This document shows positions 49,456 through 59,386 of a DNA stretch of 64,000 nucleotides, in pieces. The notes beneath the pieces were generated by a model that was not told where the DNA came from, did no database searches, and worked only from the letters and a program-made list of their open reading frames with translations. The position numbers and the translations under genes were made by a program. Within the stretch, counting starts at the first letter, position 1. Every line of letters begins with the position of its first letter. The DNA is from Ignavibacteriota bacterium. GTDB taxonomy: Bacteria; Bacteroidota; Ignavibacteria; UBA10030. The stretch is from contig CAVSHO010000010.1 of the NCBI GenBank assembly GCA_963727825.1, positions 197,660 through 261,659 on the forward strand. The letters run 5' to 3'.

Positions 49456-50072
49456 TTCTGTGTTTTTAATGCTTCCGCCACGCGTTGCCAGATTAGTTCG
49501 TGCAGATCGTCGATGGGCTGTAATCCGTCAACGACGCAACAACGAGATTCCGTTTTTGCTATTTGAAGGAATCCGTTTCGTGTGCGTTCGTAGAATTCTA
49601 TACTATTCGATTCCATTCGATCTTTATTTGTCCTCGCCGAATTCATGCGTTTTTCAATTTCACGAATTGGGATATCAAGAAAGAACGTTACATCGGGCAC
49701 TAACCCGCCAGTGGCATATCGGTTAATTACATTTATAACTTCGAGAGGAATACCTCTGCCAAATCCTTGATATGCAGTAGTGGAATCATAATAACGGTCA
49801 CAAATAACTACCATACCGCCATCAAGCGCCGGATGCACAACTTCTTGAATCAACTGCGAGCGGCTTGCAGAGAAAAGAAATAACTCAGTTGCCTCTGCCA
49901 TGCCATCGTTGTTTTTATCGAGCAGCATCTTGCGAATCTTTTCGCCTATATCTGTACCGCCCGGTTCGCGCAAAACAAGCACGCGATAATCCTGCAGTGC
50001 GAGACGATCTGCAAGCAATTGTACTTGCGTTGACTTACCTGAATAATCGAGACCTTCAAAAGTAATTAGCAT
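49452..50072 (-). CDS. tmk: Thymidylate kinase
   Basis: ITFEGLDYSGKSTQ, REPGG and DRY.DST.AYQG motifs. Confidence 0.96.
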   Translation of the reverse strand: MLITFEGLDYSGKSTQVQLLADRLALQDYRVLVLREPGGTDIGEKIRKMLLDKNNDGMAEATELFLFSASRSQLIQEVVHPALDGGMVVICDRYYDSTTAYQGFGRGIPLEVINVINRYATGGLVPDVTFFLDIPIREIEKRMNSARTNKDRMESNSIEFYERTRNGFLQIAKTESRCCVVDGLQPIDDLHELIWQRVAEALKTQK

Positions 50073-50389
50073 AGGGATTGATGCGCGGTGAGTGGTTAAA
50101 TGGTTATTTCGTAATCTAAATCCTAATTTGTGCCTTGTGTTGCTTTATATTTTCTGTCTTATAATTTCTAACTTCTACTTTCAAAATACCCAAATTCATA
50201 CTGTTAAGCAAACAACTGAATCGTATTTAGTAGTTCCAATTAGATATCATGGATTTCAATTCCAAATAAAATGCCGATAGATCTTTGGCGATAAATCAAT
50301 ATTTTTCGCATTATAATGTAATTTTTTATTACAATATTATTTGTTATATGTTATAGTTATTTTAGATAAATTGTGATTATTAAGAATAA

Positions 50390-50677
50390 GTGGCAGGTAT
50401 TGATATGCTCTGTTGGTTTTTATTAGCTGGAAATGGGCCAGAAAAACTGAAAACTGAATTCATCAATTTTTTTTCGGGCCGTAGTTTCCCTAAAGGCATA
50501 GCATTATGGAAATGGAAAAGAACCTGTTGGATATGCTCGCCTGAAAGCTTTAGACAAGATATTCTTACTACATTCGATAATTATGGCATAATTGAATTTT
50601 CTTCTGCACCCTCTCCATCAGATATTGAATTCATTTATGGCGACGATAATTCTCTTGATCATCTTTCAAGACATTAA
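50390..50677 (+). CDS. Hypothetical protein
   Basis: 95-aa ORF in otherwise unoccupied AT-rich space; no recognised motif. Confidence 0.5.
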   Translation: MAGIDMLCWFLLAGNGPEKLKTEFINFFSGRSFPKGIALWKWKRTCWICSPESFRQDILTTFDNYGIIEFSSAPSPSDIEFIYGDDNSLDHLSRH

Positions 50678-50775
50678 ACTATCCATAGAACCATTTGCAG
50701 CTTCACCTTTCTTGCTCCTCTCGACTTTTTTTACTACAATAAATTATTGACTGAAGCGGTGACAGATATTTCAGG

Positions 50776-51441
50776 ATGCATAAAGCACAAAAGAAACATA
50801 CTCCACTACCTTCTCCGATTTCAACTCCCAAAGCAATGAGTGTCATCGAGCAAAGGCGAATTGACTCGCGCAAAGAAGATTCTGCGCTTATCCGGCAGGC
50901 GCTTTCTTGCGACCAGAATGCATTTCGCAAGCTCCGGCTAAAATATTATGCATCAATCTTCAAGCTAATAAACCGAATGATATATAACCGTGAGGAAGTA
51001 GAAGATCTAACTCAGGAAGCTTTTATTAAAGCATTCACGTCGCTCGCGAGTTTCAATGAGGAATATTCATTCTCGACTTGGCTTTACAAAATAGCAACGA
51101 ACAACGCGATCGACCACATCCGGAAACGAAAGCTCCAAATGTTTTCTATCAATAAACCCATTGAGTCTGAAGAAAGCGATTATTCATTTGAACTACCGGA
51201 TACAGAACTGGAACCGGATCAAGAACTAATTGCTGCCCAGCGCAAAAAAATGTTAGACGAGGCAATGAATTCGCTGCCGGCAAAGTATCGTCAGGTCATT
51301 CTTATGCGTCACGTGGACGAAAAAGAATACCAAGAAATTGCAAAAATCCTGAAACTACCCCTTGGAACGATCAAAGCACACATCTTCCGCGCCCGCGAAC
51401 TTCTATACAAGCGGCTACGCGACAAAATGCGTCATTATTGA
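50776..51441 (+). CDS. ECF RNA polymerase sigma factor (SigW/RpoE-like)
   Basis: EDLTQEAFIKAF, FSTWLYKIATN and YQEIA..L.LPLGTIKAHIFRAR motifs. Confidence 0.93.
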   Translation: MHKAQKKHTPLPSPISTPKAMSVIEQRRIDSRKEDSALIRQALSCDQNAFRKLRLKYYASIFKLINRMIYNREEVEDLTQEAFIKAFTSLASFNEEYSFSTWLYKIATNNAIDHIRKRKLQMFSINKPIESEESDYSFELPDTELEPDQELIAAQRKKMLDEAMNSLPAKYRQVILMRHVDEKEYQEIAKILKLPLGTIKAHIFRARELLYKRLRDKMRHY

Positions 51442-51499
51442 AAAAAAGTGCAACTTCTGCAGCATTGATTGCGTAATATCAGAGGCATACAGGTACGCC

Positions 51500-52369
51500 A
51501 TGAAAAACTTTATAAAATTTCTATTATTTCTTCTCGTCTGCATTGTTTGCACCGTCGCGGCATTTGCTTATACACTTGAAAACAAGCATCGTGAGTTCAG
51601 CCGCACAAAAGAAAAAGAGCTGCGGGTCGTTCTTGATATTTCATTTGGAGACATTTCTATTAAACGAGGCGAAGAAGATAGAATTGCAACTGTTGACTAC
51701 AATGAAGAAGAAGCTGCCAAACGCAAATTATACATCTCTTACGATATCTCGGGCGAAACCGGCACGCTGTATATCAAATTAAAAGAATCCACACATTTTT
51801 GGGGTGACGATGACGACCGCAATACTCATAATCGTCATCTTGATATTAAACTTGGCAGCAATATTCCGATTTCTCTTGAATTAGAGCTTGGAGCTGGGAA
51901 AGGCGACATCGATTTGACCGACCTGCAAGTGAAAGACTTAAAAATATCAACTGGCGCCAGTAGTGTGACAATGAAGTGCAGTAAGCCCAACCCGATTTCC
52001 GCAGACGATATCTCTATTGAATCAGGTGTGAGTAAATTCACGGCAACAGATCTTAGCAATTTGAATTTTCGCAATCTAAAATTCAGTGGCGGTGTAGGCT
52101 CTTATAAACTTGATTTCGACGGCAAACTCAGACAAAGCGCAGAAGCACAGATTGAAGTTGGGCTCGGTTCTATCAATGTGTATGTACCAAAAACCATTCC
52201 CGCCAAGTTAGTATCTAATGACAACTGGCTTTCCAGCTTCAAGTGCGATGATGATTTTGAAAAAACGCGAAGCGGTGTGTATGAAACAAGCGATTTCCAA
52301 GACGCATCTAAGCGCTTGACTATCCGTCTCGAATCTGGATTGGGCAGCGTGCGGGTGCAAAGAAAATAA
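51500..52369 (+). CDS. Secreted beta-solenoid protein (toast-rack / DUF2154 / LiaF-like)
   Basis: Signal peptide; repeated L.LGAG..IDL, I.TGAS, IESGVS and IEVGLG strands. Confidence 0.75.
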   Translation: MKNFIKFLLFLLVCIVCTVAAFAYTLENKHREFSRTKEKELRVVLDISFGDISIKRGEEDRIATVDYNEEEAAKRKLYISYDISGETGTLYIKLKESTHFWGDDDDRNTHNRHLDIKLGSNIPISLELELGAGKGDIDLTDLQVKDLKISTGASSVTMKCSKPNPISADDISIESGVSKFTATDLSNLNFRNLKFSGGVGSYKLDFDGKLRQSAEAQIEVGLGSINVYVPKTIPAKLVSNDNWLSSFKCDDDFEKTRSGVYETSDFQDASKRLTIRLESGLGSVRVQRK

Positions 52370-52377
52370 TTTTTTAC

Positions 52378-52505
52378 AACCTTGTCAAGGTTTGACCTGC
52401 CCGCTGTCTTTGTAACGGGAACCTTGACAAGGTTAATTGCCCGTCGTTTGGTGATAACCTTGTCAAAGTTCACTTTGTTTAAACTTAGGTAACTTTGACA
52501 AGGTT
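52378..52505. repeat. REP cluster, left of RAYT (4 copies of AACCTTG(T/A)CAAGGTT)
   Basis: Copies at 52378, 52420, 52456 and 52491, arranged as inverted pairs. Confidence 0.9.
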
Positions 52506-53039
52506 ACTCTTCAAATAAGAATGAAGCAATATTTTGTTTATCATTTGCTTCAATGTACTCTTCCACAAATTGTTGATAATCCTTAGCGCATTTAAAATAG
52601 CTATCCCGAAGCTGATAATCCATTCCAAATAATTAGAATGATTCCACTCTTCTATAGATTTCACAATTTTAGCATTCAATGGATTGAGATGAATATATCG
52701 AATTACCTGTAAACAGTACGAGTCGCTATCTATCTCCTTTACTTTTGCCTGTCCTTGAAAGAGTGTACCGCTAAGTTCGAAGCGCTTGTTTATCGCCTGT
52801 GTATAAGCGTTGAAAACGGTTTTCAAAAAAGAGCCAATTGAACCAAATTCATTTTGTTTTACAATCAGATGGTAATGATTTGGCATTAAACAATATGCCG
52901 CTACGGTAACTTTATATTGCACAGAATATTTGGTGAACAGTGTGATGAGATATCTATAATTTTCTTCCTCAAAAAAGATCGCTTCTTTATGCGCACCTCG
53001 ATTGAAGATATGGTAGTAGCAACCTTCGGTGTATTGCAT
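52485..53039 (-). mobile_element. REP-associated tyrosine transposase (RAYT, Y1 HUH), probably damaged near the C-terminus
   Basis: YHIFNRG, YCLMPNHYHL (HUH) and YIHLNP motifs; flanked by REPs; a plausible native C-terminus lies in another frame ending at 52504. Confidence 0.85.
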
Positions 53040-53056
53040 TTAGTTTCCCTTTTATT

Positions 53057-53125
53057 AACCTTGTCAAGGTTTGAAACCTTGACAAGGTTTTGCTTGCCCG
53101 CTGCGGCGGGAACCTTGACAAGGTT
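53057..53125. repeat. REP cluster, right of RAYT (3 copies)
   Basis: aaccttgtcaaggtt-tga-aaccttgacaaggtt, plus a third copy at 53111. Confidence 0.9.
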
Positions 53126-53129
53126 ATAT

Positions 53130-55757
53130 CTATCCAACCCCGAAGTGGAAGAATTGCCCCCAAGAACGCGGATGGCTTACTTCGCGTGTGCGAATAAGAT
53201 TGAGAAGCGCCTGCCGATACGCATCGCCGGGAGCGAGACCGTTGGCAAGATGAGTGAAGAAATATTCACTGAAAAATTTTGTCGCTTTCCTATCTGCTGA
53301 CCATGCATTAAAAAAAACATCTGGGGTCCCATTCAAACGAAGCAAAAGCGCCTGCTCGGCAGAGAGTCCAATACCTTGACCGGAATGATTTGAGAGAACT
53401 ACAACCGGAATCGCTTCAAGTTCCGAAAGCTTCTCGAACGGAATGGCAACAGACTGTTCCACCATCAAACCATCTGAGAGAATAAAGTTGCCAAGTGGAA
53501 ATTCTGCATTTCGCTGGCTGAATTCAGTAGAAATCTGCAAAACGTCGGCTTTGATAGATTTTAAATTGTCCCATGACGTCTCTAATCCTACCATTATTCT
53601 TGCGCCCTTAAAAAAGCTTCGGATATCTCGCAATTCGTAATCCACCGACCAGTTTTTACCTGTCGGATTGCCGAATGCTACAATATCTTGTATTCGGGCC
53701 GTGGATGCATTACGATAACGTAACGATGCAAGTGATGGTACATAATCTATGCTCGTTAATTCAACAACATATTTCACATTTCCTTTTGAATCCTGTCGTT
53801 CTATCGCGTGAAACGGAAAACCATCCATCTCACGATTGGCAACGATAATAAGATTCCGTTCAAACAGATCGTCCACCGGACGAATGAGGATATCGTACAT
53901 CTGAGTAGAAAGTCTTGCGAAGCGCGTCATTGAAGGCATACTTGCTTCTCCAGCTTCGCCGGAGTATACATTCGGATCCTGTAGAAGCTGCCGGTATTCC
54001 GTCATCATTTGTAAAAGATTATCGTGGTGAATCGCAGAGGTACGGACAACAAGTTGTGAGCGCGTTACGGCAAATATATAGAGCAGATCATCTGTCGGTA
54101 GAAACTCAATTGCCATTGTTCCAGGCGGGATGTTCGCCTGTAAAATCTGCGCTTCAATTGGGATAGGTAAAACCAGTGTTTCGTAGTTTGGATGTTCTTC
54201 AATAATTTGCCGTGATTCTTTTCGCAGCATTTGCTTGGCTGATTCAAGTTCAGCATGCAGTGAATTTAAATCCTTAATGTCAGATGAATGTTTTGTGCTG
54301 GCAAGCCGTGCAGTATATTCGGCTTCAAGCATTTTTGCCTTTTGAAGCTGCACTCGTACATTCCTCGTTTTTAATTTCACCTGTGAATAGCGTAGTGAAA
54401 CACTAACATTCTGGAATGTGGCGGCAAGTTGTTTCGTCCGCGCGTACTCAACAATCTTCAATGCTTCTTCTTGACGCTGTGACTTAATAAGCAGTGCACT
54501 TAGATATCCATACCAATCCTGATGCGATGGCAGTATGCCAAGTGCAACTTGATATGGCGTATGCAACTCTTCATTGGAATATTCAGCAAGTGCATTTTGA
54601 TCAAGCATAACTGCTTTCAAGAAATAATCGCGGGCTTTTAAAAGATCGCCTGCGCGTTCATATTCTTTTCCAAGCTGAATGTACAGAAATCCTTCGCCAG
54701 CGATGTGGCCGCAATCCATAAAATTTTTAGCAATCTGCTCGTAGGATTGTTTGAGCTTTTCTTCATTCTGTATACGTTGCTCCGGTGACATACTATTAAA
54801 TTCGCAGCGAACCAAGAACAGAGAAAGATAATTTTCTGCTATATGATCACCCTGTAATCGTGCAAGCTCCAATGCTTCACTATAATAATGTTTTGCTTCG
54901 GACAGGTCGCTATTCTGCTCATAAAGATGTCCAAGCTGGAAGAGCAAGACCGTTTGAAAGTCTTTACTAGTGCGCGCGCGACGAAGCACATTAATAGCAT
55001 CGCGAAAATCGTGGGTCGCAGTATTTATACTATTTTGCATTAGATGGAGAAGACCAAGTTCTTCCTGCAGCCGAGCAACAAGCAATGGATCACTTGTTTG
55101 ACTGATTGATGCAACTGCTTGCGTAAGTGAGTTTGCCGCTTCTTCGTTTCGTTGCTGCATTCTGTAAATACTGCCTATACCACCAAGTGCCGCAGCAAGA
55201 TGTTGACGATCGCCGCGTGCCTGTGAAATAGTAAGCACATTCTTATATACATTCAGCGCTTCATCCACATCACCGCTTGATTTCAAAATAGAAGCAAGTT
55301 TTAGTTCTGACTCTGCTCTGGCGATCTTATCATCGAAAGCAGTTGCGGATGCACTGGCGGTACGGTAGCAGGCAATAGCTTGATCGTTCATATGCATTAC
55401 GGCATATAGGTCACCTTCTAGAAGAGCAAGTTGAATTTCACCATGCACATCCCCTTCCTTGCGCATAAGCGCGGCGGCTTGTTCTGATGCAGCAAATGCG
55501 GCTCGAAACTCTCCCAAGTTCAAATTAGTTTGGACAAGGAATGTTAGCGCTTCTATCAGTTGGTCGTCTTTTTTGAGATCACGGAATAATCGAATGGCAT
55601 CTTCTAGAATCGGCTTTGCTTGCTTAAATGATTGCTCGCCGATAAGCGCAACCGCTTTCTCATACATCTCAGTAGGATCAGCTTGCGGAGGATTTCCGGA
55701 ATCACAACCAAGTACAAGAAAAATGGTAAGAATAAGAAATAATGATGTGCTTTTCAC
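53130..55757 (-). CDS. TPR + CHAT-domain lipoprotein lacking the catalytic dyad
   Basis: Lipobox VLGC; TPR array; CHAT motifs YDILIRP, FPFHAI, FGNP, AWSAD and HP.SWGQF. Confidence 0.85.
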   Translation of the reverse strand: MKSTSLFLILTIFLVLGCDSGNPPQADPTEMYEKAVALIGEQSFKQAKPILEDAIRLFRDLKKDDQLIEALTFLVQTNLNLGEFRAAFAASEQAAALMRKEGDVHGEIQLALLEGDLYAVMHMNDQAIACYRTASASATAFDDKIARAESELKLASILKSSGDVDEALNVYKNVLTISQARGDRQHLAAALGGIGSIYRMQQRNEEAANSLTQAVASISQTSDPLLVARLQEELGLLHLMQNSINTATHDFRDAINVLRRARTSKDFQTVLLFQLGHLYEQNSDLSEAKHYYSEALELARLQGDHIAENYLSLFLVRCEFNSMSPEQRIQNEEKLKQSYEQIAKNFMDCGHIAGEGFLYIQLGKEYERAGDLLKARDYFLKAVMLDQNALAEYSNEELHTPYQVALGILPSHQDWYGYLSALLIKSQRQEEALKIVEYARTKQLAATFQNVSVSLRYSQVKLKTRNVRVQLQKAKMLEAEYTARLASTKHSSDIKDLNSLHAELESAKQMLRKESRQIIEEHPNYETLVLPIPIEAQILQANIPPGTMAIEFLPTDDLLYIFAVTRSQLVVRTSAIHHDNLLQMMTEYRQLLQDPNVYSGEAGEASMPSMTRFARLSTQMYDILIRPVDDLFERNLIIVANREMDGFPFHAIERQDSKGNVKYVVELTSIDYVPSLASLRYRNASTARIQDIVAFGNPTGKNWSVDYELRDIRSFFKGARIMVGLETSWDNLKSIKADVLQISTEFSQRNAEFPLGNFILSDGLMVEQSVAIPFEKLSELEAIPVVVLSNHSGQGIGLSAEQALLLRLNGTPDVFFNAWSADRKATKFFSEYFFTHLANGLAPGDAYRQALLNLIRTREVSHPRSWGQFFHFGVG

Positions 55758-55856
55758 TATGTGTGAAATTTCCGTGTCGTTATAGATATTACTACAGAAT
55801 CGATTTAAACACGAGAAGAATATAACAAACTACTGCTTATGCTTCAACAAAAAGAA

Positions 55857-56648
55857 TCAACGCTTGATGCCGCAGCTTTTCACTACATCGACAATATCAT
55901 CCGCATTGTTAGATAAAATACCATCAACGCCGTAAGTCAACATTCGTCGCGCGCCTCGTACTGAGTTAAGTGTGTAGACATAAACCGCAATACCATGCTT
56001 ATGAGCGTCGTTTAGCATTTTGTGAGTTAATTCACGGGTGGCGCATTTAAACACTTCTGCATCAACTCGTTCGGCCAGTTTAGAAGGCGAGCGACCGAAG
56101 TCATGTAAAAAATCAAAGAGTACGCCAGTCACTGCCGATGATTTCATTCGTTTGATATTCGCTAAGATTTTGTGATCAAAAGAAGAAAACAATACGCGAT
56201 CATCCATCCCGCATTGGTGAACAACATCGAGCACTTTTTCTTCCAACAATCCGAGCGGCTCTCGATGCAGTCTATCCGATTTAATTTCAACATCTACCCA
56301 AAGCCGACTGCCTATTTGCTGAAATACTTCTGCGAGTGTCGGAATTCTTTGCTCGGCAAACATCTTATGAAACCACGAGCCGGCATCGAGCCGCCGAATT
56401 TCTTCCAATGAATAATTGCGCGCAGGACCATTGCCAGTGGACGTGCGCTGAAGTGTCCGGTCATGTAAAACAATGATTTCTTCATCCTTTGTCAAGCGAA
56501 TATCTAATTCGATCATATCAATACCAGGGATACTGGCCGCTTTTTCAAAAGAGGCGAGCGTGTTCTCCGGCGCCTTTGCCGAGATACCGCGATGCGCGAC
56601 GACATAAGGCGGCTCACCTGCCAAAGGCTTTGGCTGATAAGGTCTCAT
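55857..56648 (-). CDS. Glycerophosphodiester phosphodiesterase
   Basis: VAHRG..APENT, ELD..TKD..V.HD, EIK and SSFD motifs. Confidence 0.93.
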   Translation of the reverse strand: MRPYQPKPLAGEPPYVVAHRGISAKAPENTLASFEKAASIPGIDMIELDIRLTKDEEIIVLHDRTLQRTSTGNGPARNYSLEEIRRLDAGSWFHKMFAEQRIPTLAEVFQQIGSRLWVDVEIKSDRLHREPLGLLEEKVLDVVHQCGMDDRVLFSSFDHKILANIKRMKSSAVTGVLFDFLHDFGRSPSKLAERVDAEVFKCATRELTHKMLNDAHKHGIAVYVYTLNSVRGARRMLTYGVDGILSNNADDIVDVVKSCGIKR

Positions 56649-57298
56649 TTGAATCTGCTTTTATATAACGCATCTAGAATAAGCTTGTGTACATAGCCAA
56701 TCTCGTCCATGCCGTTGATTGGAACAAGTCGGCCGGTTTCTCGATAATATTCAATGAGTGGTTTTGTCTGTTGTTGATAGACTTCAAGGCGTCTGCGAAC
56801 TGGTTCCGGTTTATCGTCATCTCGTTGATACAATTCACCGCCACACGACGGGCACTTTTTAAGATCAGCACCGATTCGGGCAATTGTATAAATGCGGCCG
56901 CAGCCGCGACAAAGCCGCCGTTGATCCAGACGATTAATTATTTCTTCGTTGTTCACTTCAAGACTGATAACAGAATCAAGCTTAATTCCAATTTTTTCAA
57001 AGAGCACATCGAGTGCATTTGCCTGAGGAAGTGTTCTGGGAAAACCATCGAGGATAAAATTCTGACGTGATTCATCGGACATCAGAACCTCCTCAATCAA
57101 ACCAACGACTACATCATCGGGAACAAGATTACCTGCATCCATAAAAGATTTTGCTTTCAATCCAAGAGCAGTTTTATTTTTTACAGCTTCGCGCAGTAAA
57201 TCGCCTGTAGAGATATGCGCTGAATGAAATTCTTCAACAAGTAATTTGGCTTGGGTACCTTTACCCACGCCCGGAGGTCCAAAAAGAATGATCTTCAT
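56645..57298 (-). CDS. adk: Adenylate kinase (Zn-LID type)
   Basis: GPPGVGKGTQ, HISTGDLLR, LDGFPRT and CxxC..CxxC LID. Confidence 0.97.
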   Translation of the reverse strand: MKIILFGPPGVGKGTQAKLLVEEFHSAHISTGDLLREAVKNKTALGLKAKSFMDAGNLVPDDVVVGLIEEVLMSDESRQNFILDGFPRTLPQANALDVLFEKIGIKLDSVISLEVNNEEIINRLDQRRLCRGCGRIYTIARIGADLKKCPSCGGELYQRDDDKPEPVRRRLEVYQQQTKPLIEYYRETGRLVPINGMDEIGYVHKLILDALYKSRFK

Positions 57299-57404
57299 GA
57301 GTTCGTTTGTTTTTCTTTTAGTTAACGATAAGTGAATTAAATATAAAATAAATGCATGGGAAAAATGTTAAGATTTATAAAGTAAAAACGAAAAATCAAT
57401 TCAT

Positions 57405-58505
57405 CTACAATAAACCTTCTGCAATTTTTGATTTAGCTCTTAATTCAATCACAGCAAGTTGTCCGCACGCGGCATTGATATCCTGACCGGAACTGCCGCG
57501 TACCATTACCGTTATATCGGATTTGCGTAATGCATCGGCAAATGCTTCAATACGCGGAGCCGGTGTCGGCTTGAGCGAAGCTCCAATACCGGAAGGATGT
57601 ATAAACGCTATGGAATGAAATGGAATAAGATTAACCTTACAAGGAATTCTTCTGCTCAGTTTTATGAACAATTTAACATCAGCTGTCGTATCGTTAAAGC
57701 CGTCAAACAGAATGTACTCAAACGTGGGACGGCGGCGTGTTCTATGGTAATAGTACTCCAGTGCTTTAATCAATTCATCCACAGAAAATTTCTTTGTTAT
57801 CGGCATAAGCTTAGTGCGCTTATCGTTATCCAGTGAATGAAGTGAGAGCGCTAGTTTTACAGGGCGTTCTTCATCCGCAAGCTGTCGAATTTTATCTGCA
57901 TAGCCGGCAGTAGAAATAGTGATGTGCCTTGCGCCAATATTCAATCCATTATCATCATTAATGATATCGATGGATTTCATTACGTTCTCATAATTGAGCA
58001 TTGGCTCACCCATACCCATATAAACGAGATTGGTGATTCTTTTTTCACTCTTTTTCTGCACCTGAATTACCTGATCCACAATTTCCCCTGCTGTGAGATT
58101 TCGCATAAAACCCATTGCGCCGGTTGCACAGAACTTGCAATCAAGCGGGCAGCCAACTTGTGTGGAAACGCAGAGAGTGAGTCGCTTCTCTTCTTCTGAC
58201 GATTTTTTTGTTGAGGGAATTAAAACGCTTTCGATCGCTAAATCGTCATTCAGCTGGAAGAGATATTTTATTGTGCCATCAGTAGAGACGTTTTGAGTCA
58301 CCAATTGAAGATTTAAGATATGCGAAATTTGAGAAAGAACTTGGCGGAAATCTTTTGAGATATCGGTCATTTCATCGAAACTTTGAGCTGTTTTGGCGTA
58401 GAGCCAGTTGTAGAGTTGTGCAGCACGATATTTCTTTTCACCAAGTTCTTCTACAAAAGTTTGAAGCTCGATAAGGTTAAGACCTTTGAGATTTTTCTTT
58501 GTCAT
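57405..58505 (-). CDS. rlmN: Dual-specificity RNA methyltransferase RlmN
   Basis: CVSTQVGCPLDCKFCATG, MGMGEP and DINAACGQL motifs. Confidence 0.96.
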   Translation of the reverse strand: MTKKNLKGLNLIELQTFVEELGEKKYRAAQLYNWLYAKTAQSFDEMTDISKDFRQVLSQISHILNLQLVTQNVSTDGTIKYLFQLNDDLAIESVLIPSTKKSSEEEKRLTLCVSTQVGCPLDCKFCATGAMGFMRNLTAGEIVDQVIQVQKKSEKRITNLVYMGMGEPMLNYENVMKSIDIINDDNGLNIGARHITISTAGYADKIRQLADEERPVKLALSLHSLDNDKRTKLMPITKKFSVDELIKALEYYYHRTRRRPTFEYILFDGFNDTTADVKLFIKLSRRIPCKVNLIPFHSIAFIHPSGIGASLKPTPAPRIEAFADALRKSDITVMVRGSSGQDINAACGQLAVIELRAKSKIAEGLL

Positions 58506-58631
58506 AATATTAAGGTACGGAAAGATGTCACGGGGTGCAAGAAAGAGGAGGTCTTGCTTGTCGATTATGCTTAGGAACATAGACCTTTTGCTTCGCGTCT
58601 AAAACAAGGGATAGCAGATCACACCTATCAA

Positions 58632-59126
58632 TTGTGTGCGATGAATTCAATTCATATTATTTTCCAATATTTGCGGTTTTACCTAATCACATTCTTTCTC
58701 TTTATGGTGATAGGAAGTGAAAAAAGCCTCGCACAAAAATATTATTCAACGTCTAATCCAAAACAGGATCCGTCTAGAATCGATATTGGAGCTTCTAGTT
58801 TCCTAAAAGCGCCGCAACCCAAGTCATCTTTGTTCTCTCCACCCAGAGGTCCAATTCCTCAGAATATCAACTTAATAGGATCAATATCCCTGGTGCAGAT
58901 ATTGGAAAAACATCCAGAACTGCGAGGCGTCATACTGAATGAATATATTCGTCTTCAAATAATAAATGAAATAAAAAACGAAAATAATAATAAAGAGAGT
59001 TTAAGACTTTATCTTATTGGAGAGCCAACTCTGGAAGACGGTCTGAAACGAATGATGCAGCTATACGGTCTTCCATATAACCCCTTACGACCGAGACTTT
59101 TAGGGATCAGTGTGTCGATCTTCTAA
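58632..59126 (+). CDS. Hypothetical secreted protein
   Basis: 164-aa ORF with a signal-peptide-like N-terminus and a C-terminal Phe. Confidence 0.55.
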   Translation: MCAMNSIHIIFQYLRFYLITFFLFMVIGSEKSLAQKYYSTSNPKQDPSRIDIGASSFLKAPQPKSSLFSPPRGPIPQNINLIGSISLVQILEKHPELRGVILNEYIRLQIINEIKNENNNKESLRLYLIGEPTLEDGLKRMMQLYGLPYNPLRPRLLGISVSIF

Positions 59127-59308
59127 TCAAAATTTCATATTTATTGCAGATGTTTTTTCGTTGGAATACCAAGAGTGCAGCATAAACAAAAAACCCCGAG
59201 CAACGAAAGTCACTCAGAGGAAAATGACATTATTGATTCGCTCGTTGGAGTGCAAACCGATAATAATCGCATTAGAAAATTTCATATAAATTGACCAACA
59301 AATAAAGC

Positions 59309-59341
59309 AAAAAGCCGGATGAACATGATCCATCCGGCTTC
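59309..59341 (-). terminator. Intrinsic terminator after the lipoprotein gene
   Basis: aaaaagccggatg-aacatgatc-catccggctt. Confidence 0.75.
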
Positions 59342-59386
59342 GAACTATTTCTCTTTGTTAAGCTTCAAACTTGAATGTACAATCTA

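Noticed and set aside
52378-53125. CRISPR array suggested by the repeated AACCTTGNCAAGGTT next to a TPR-CHAT gene (Craspase-like)
   Set aside because: The repeats are 15 nt, alternate in orientation, have irregular spacing and flank a RAYT; there are no cas genes
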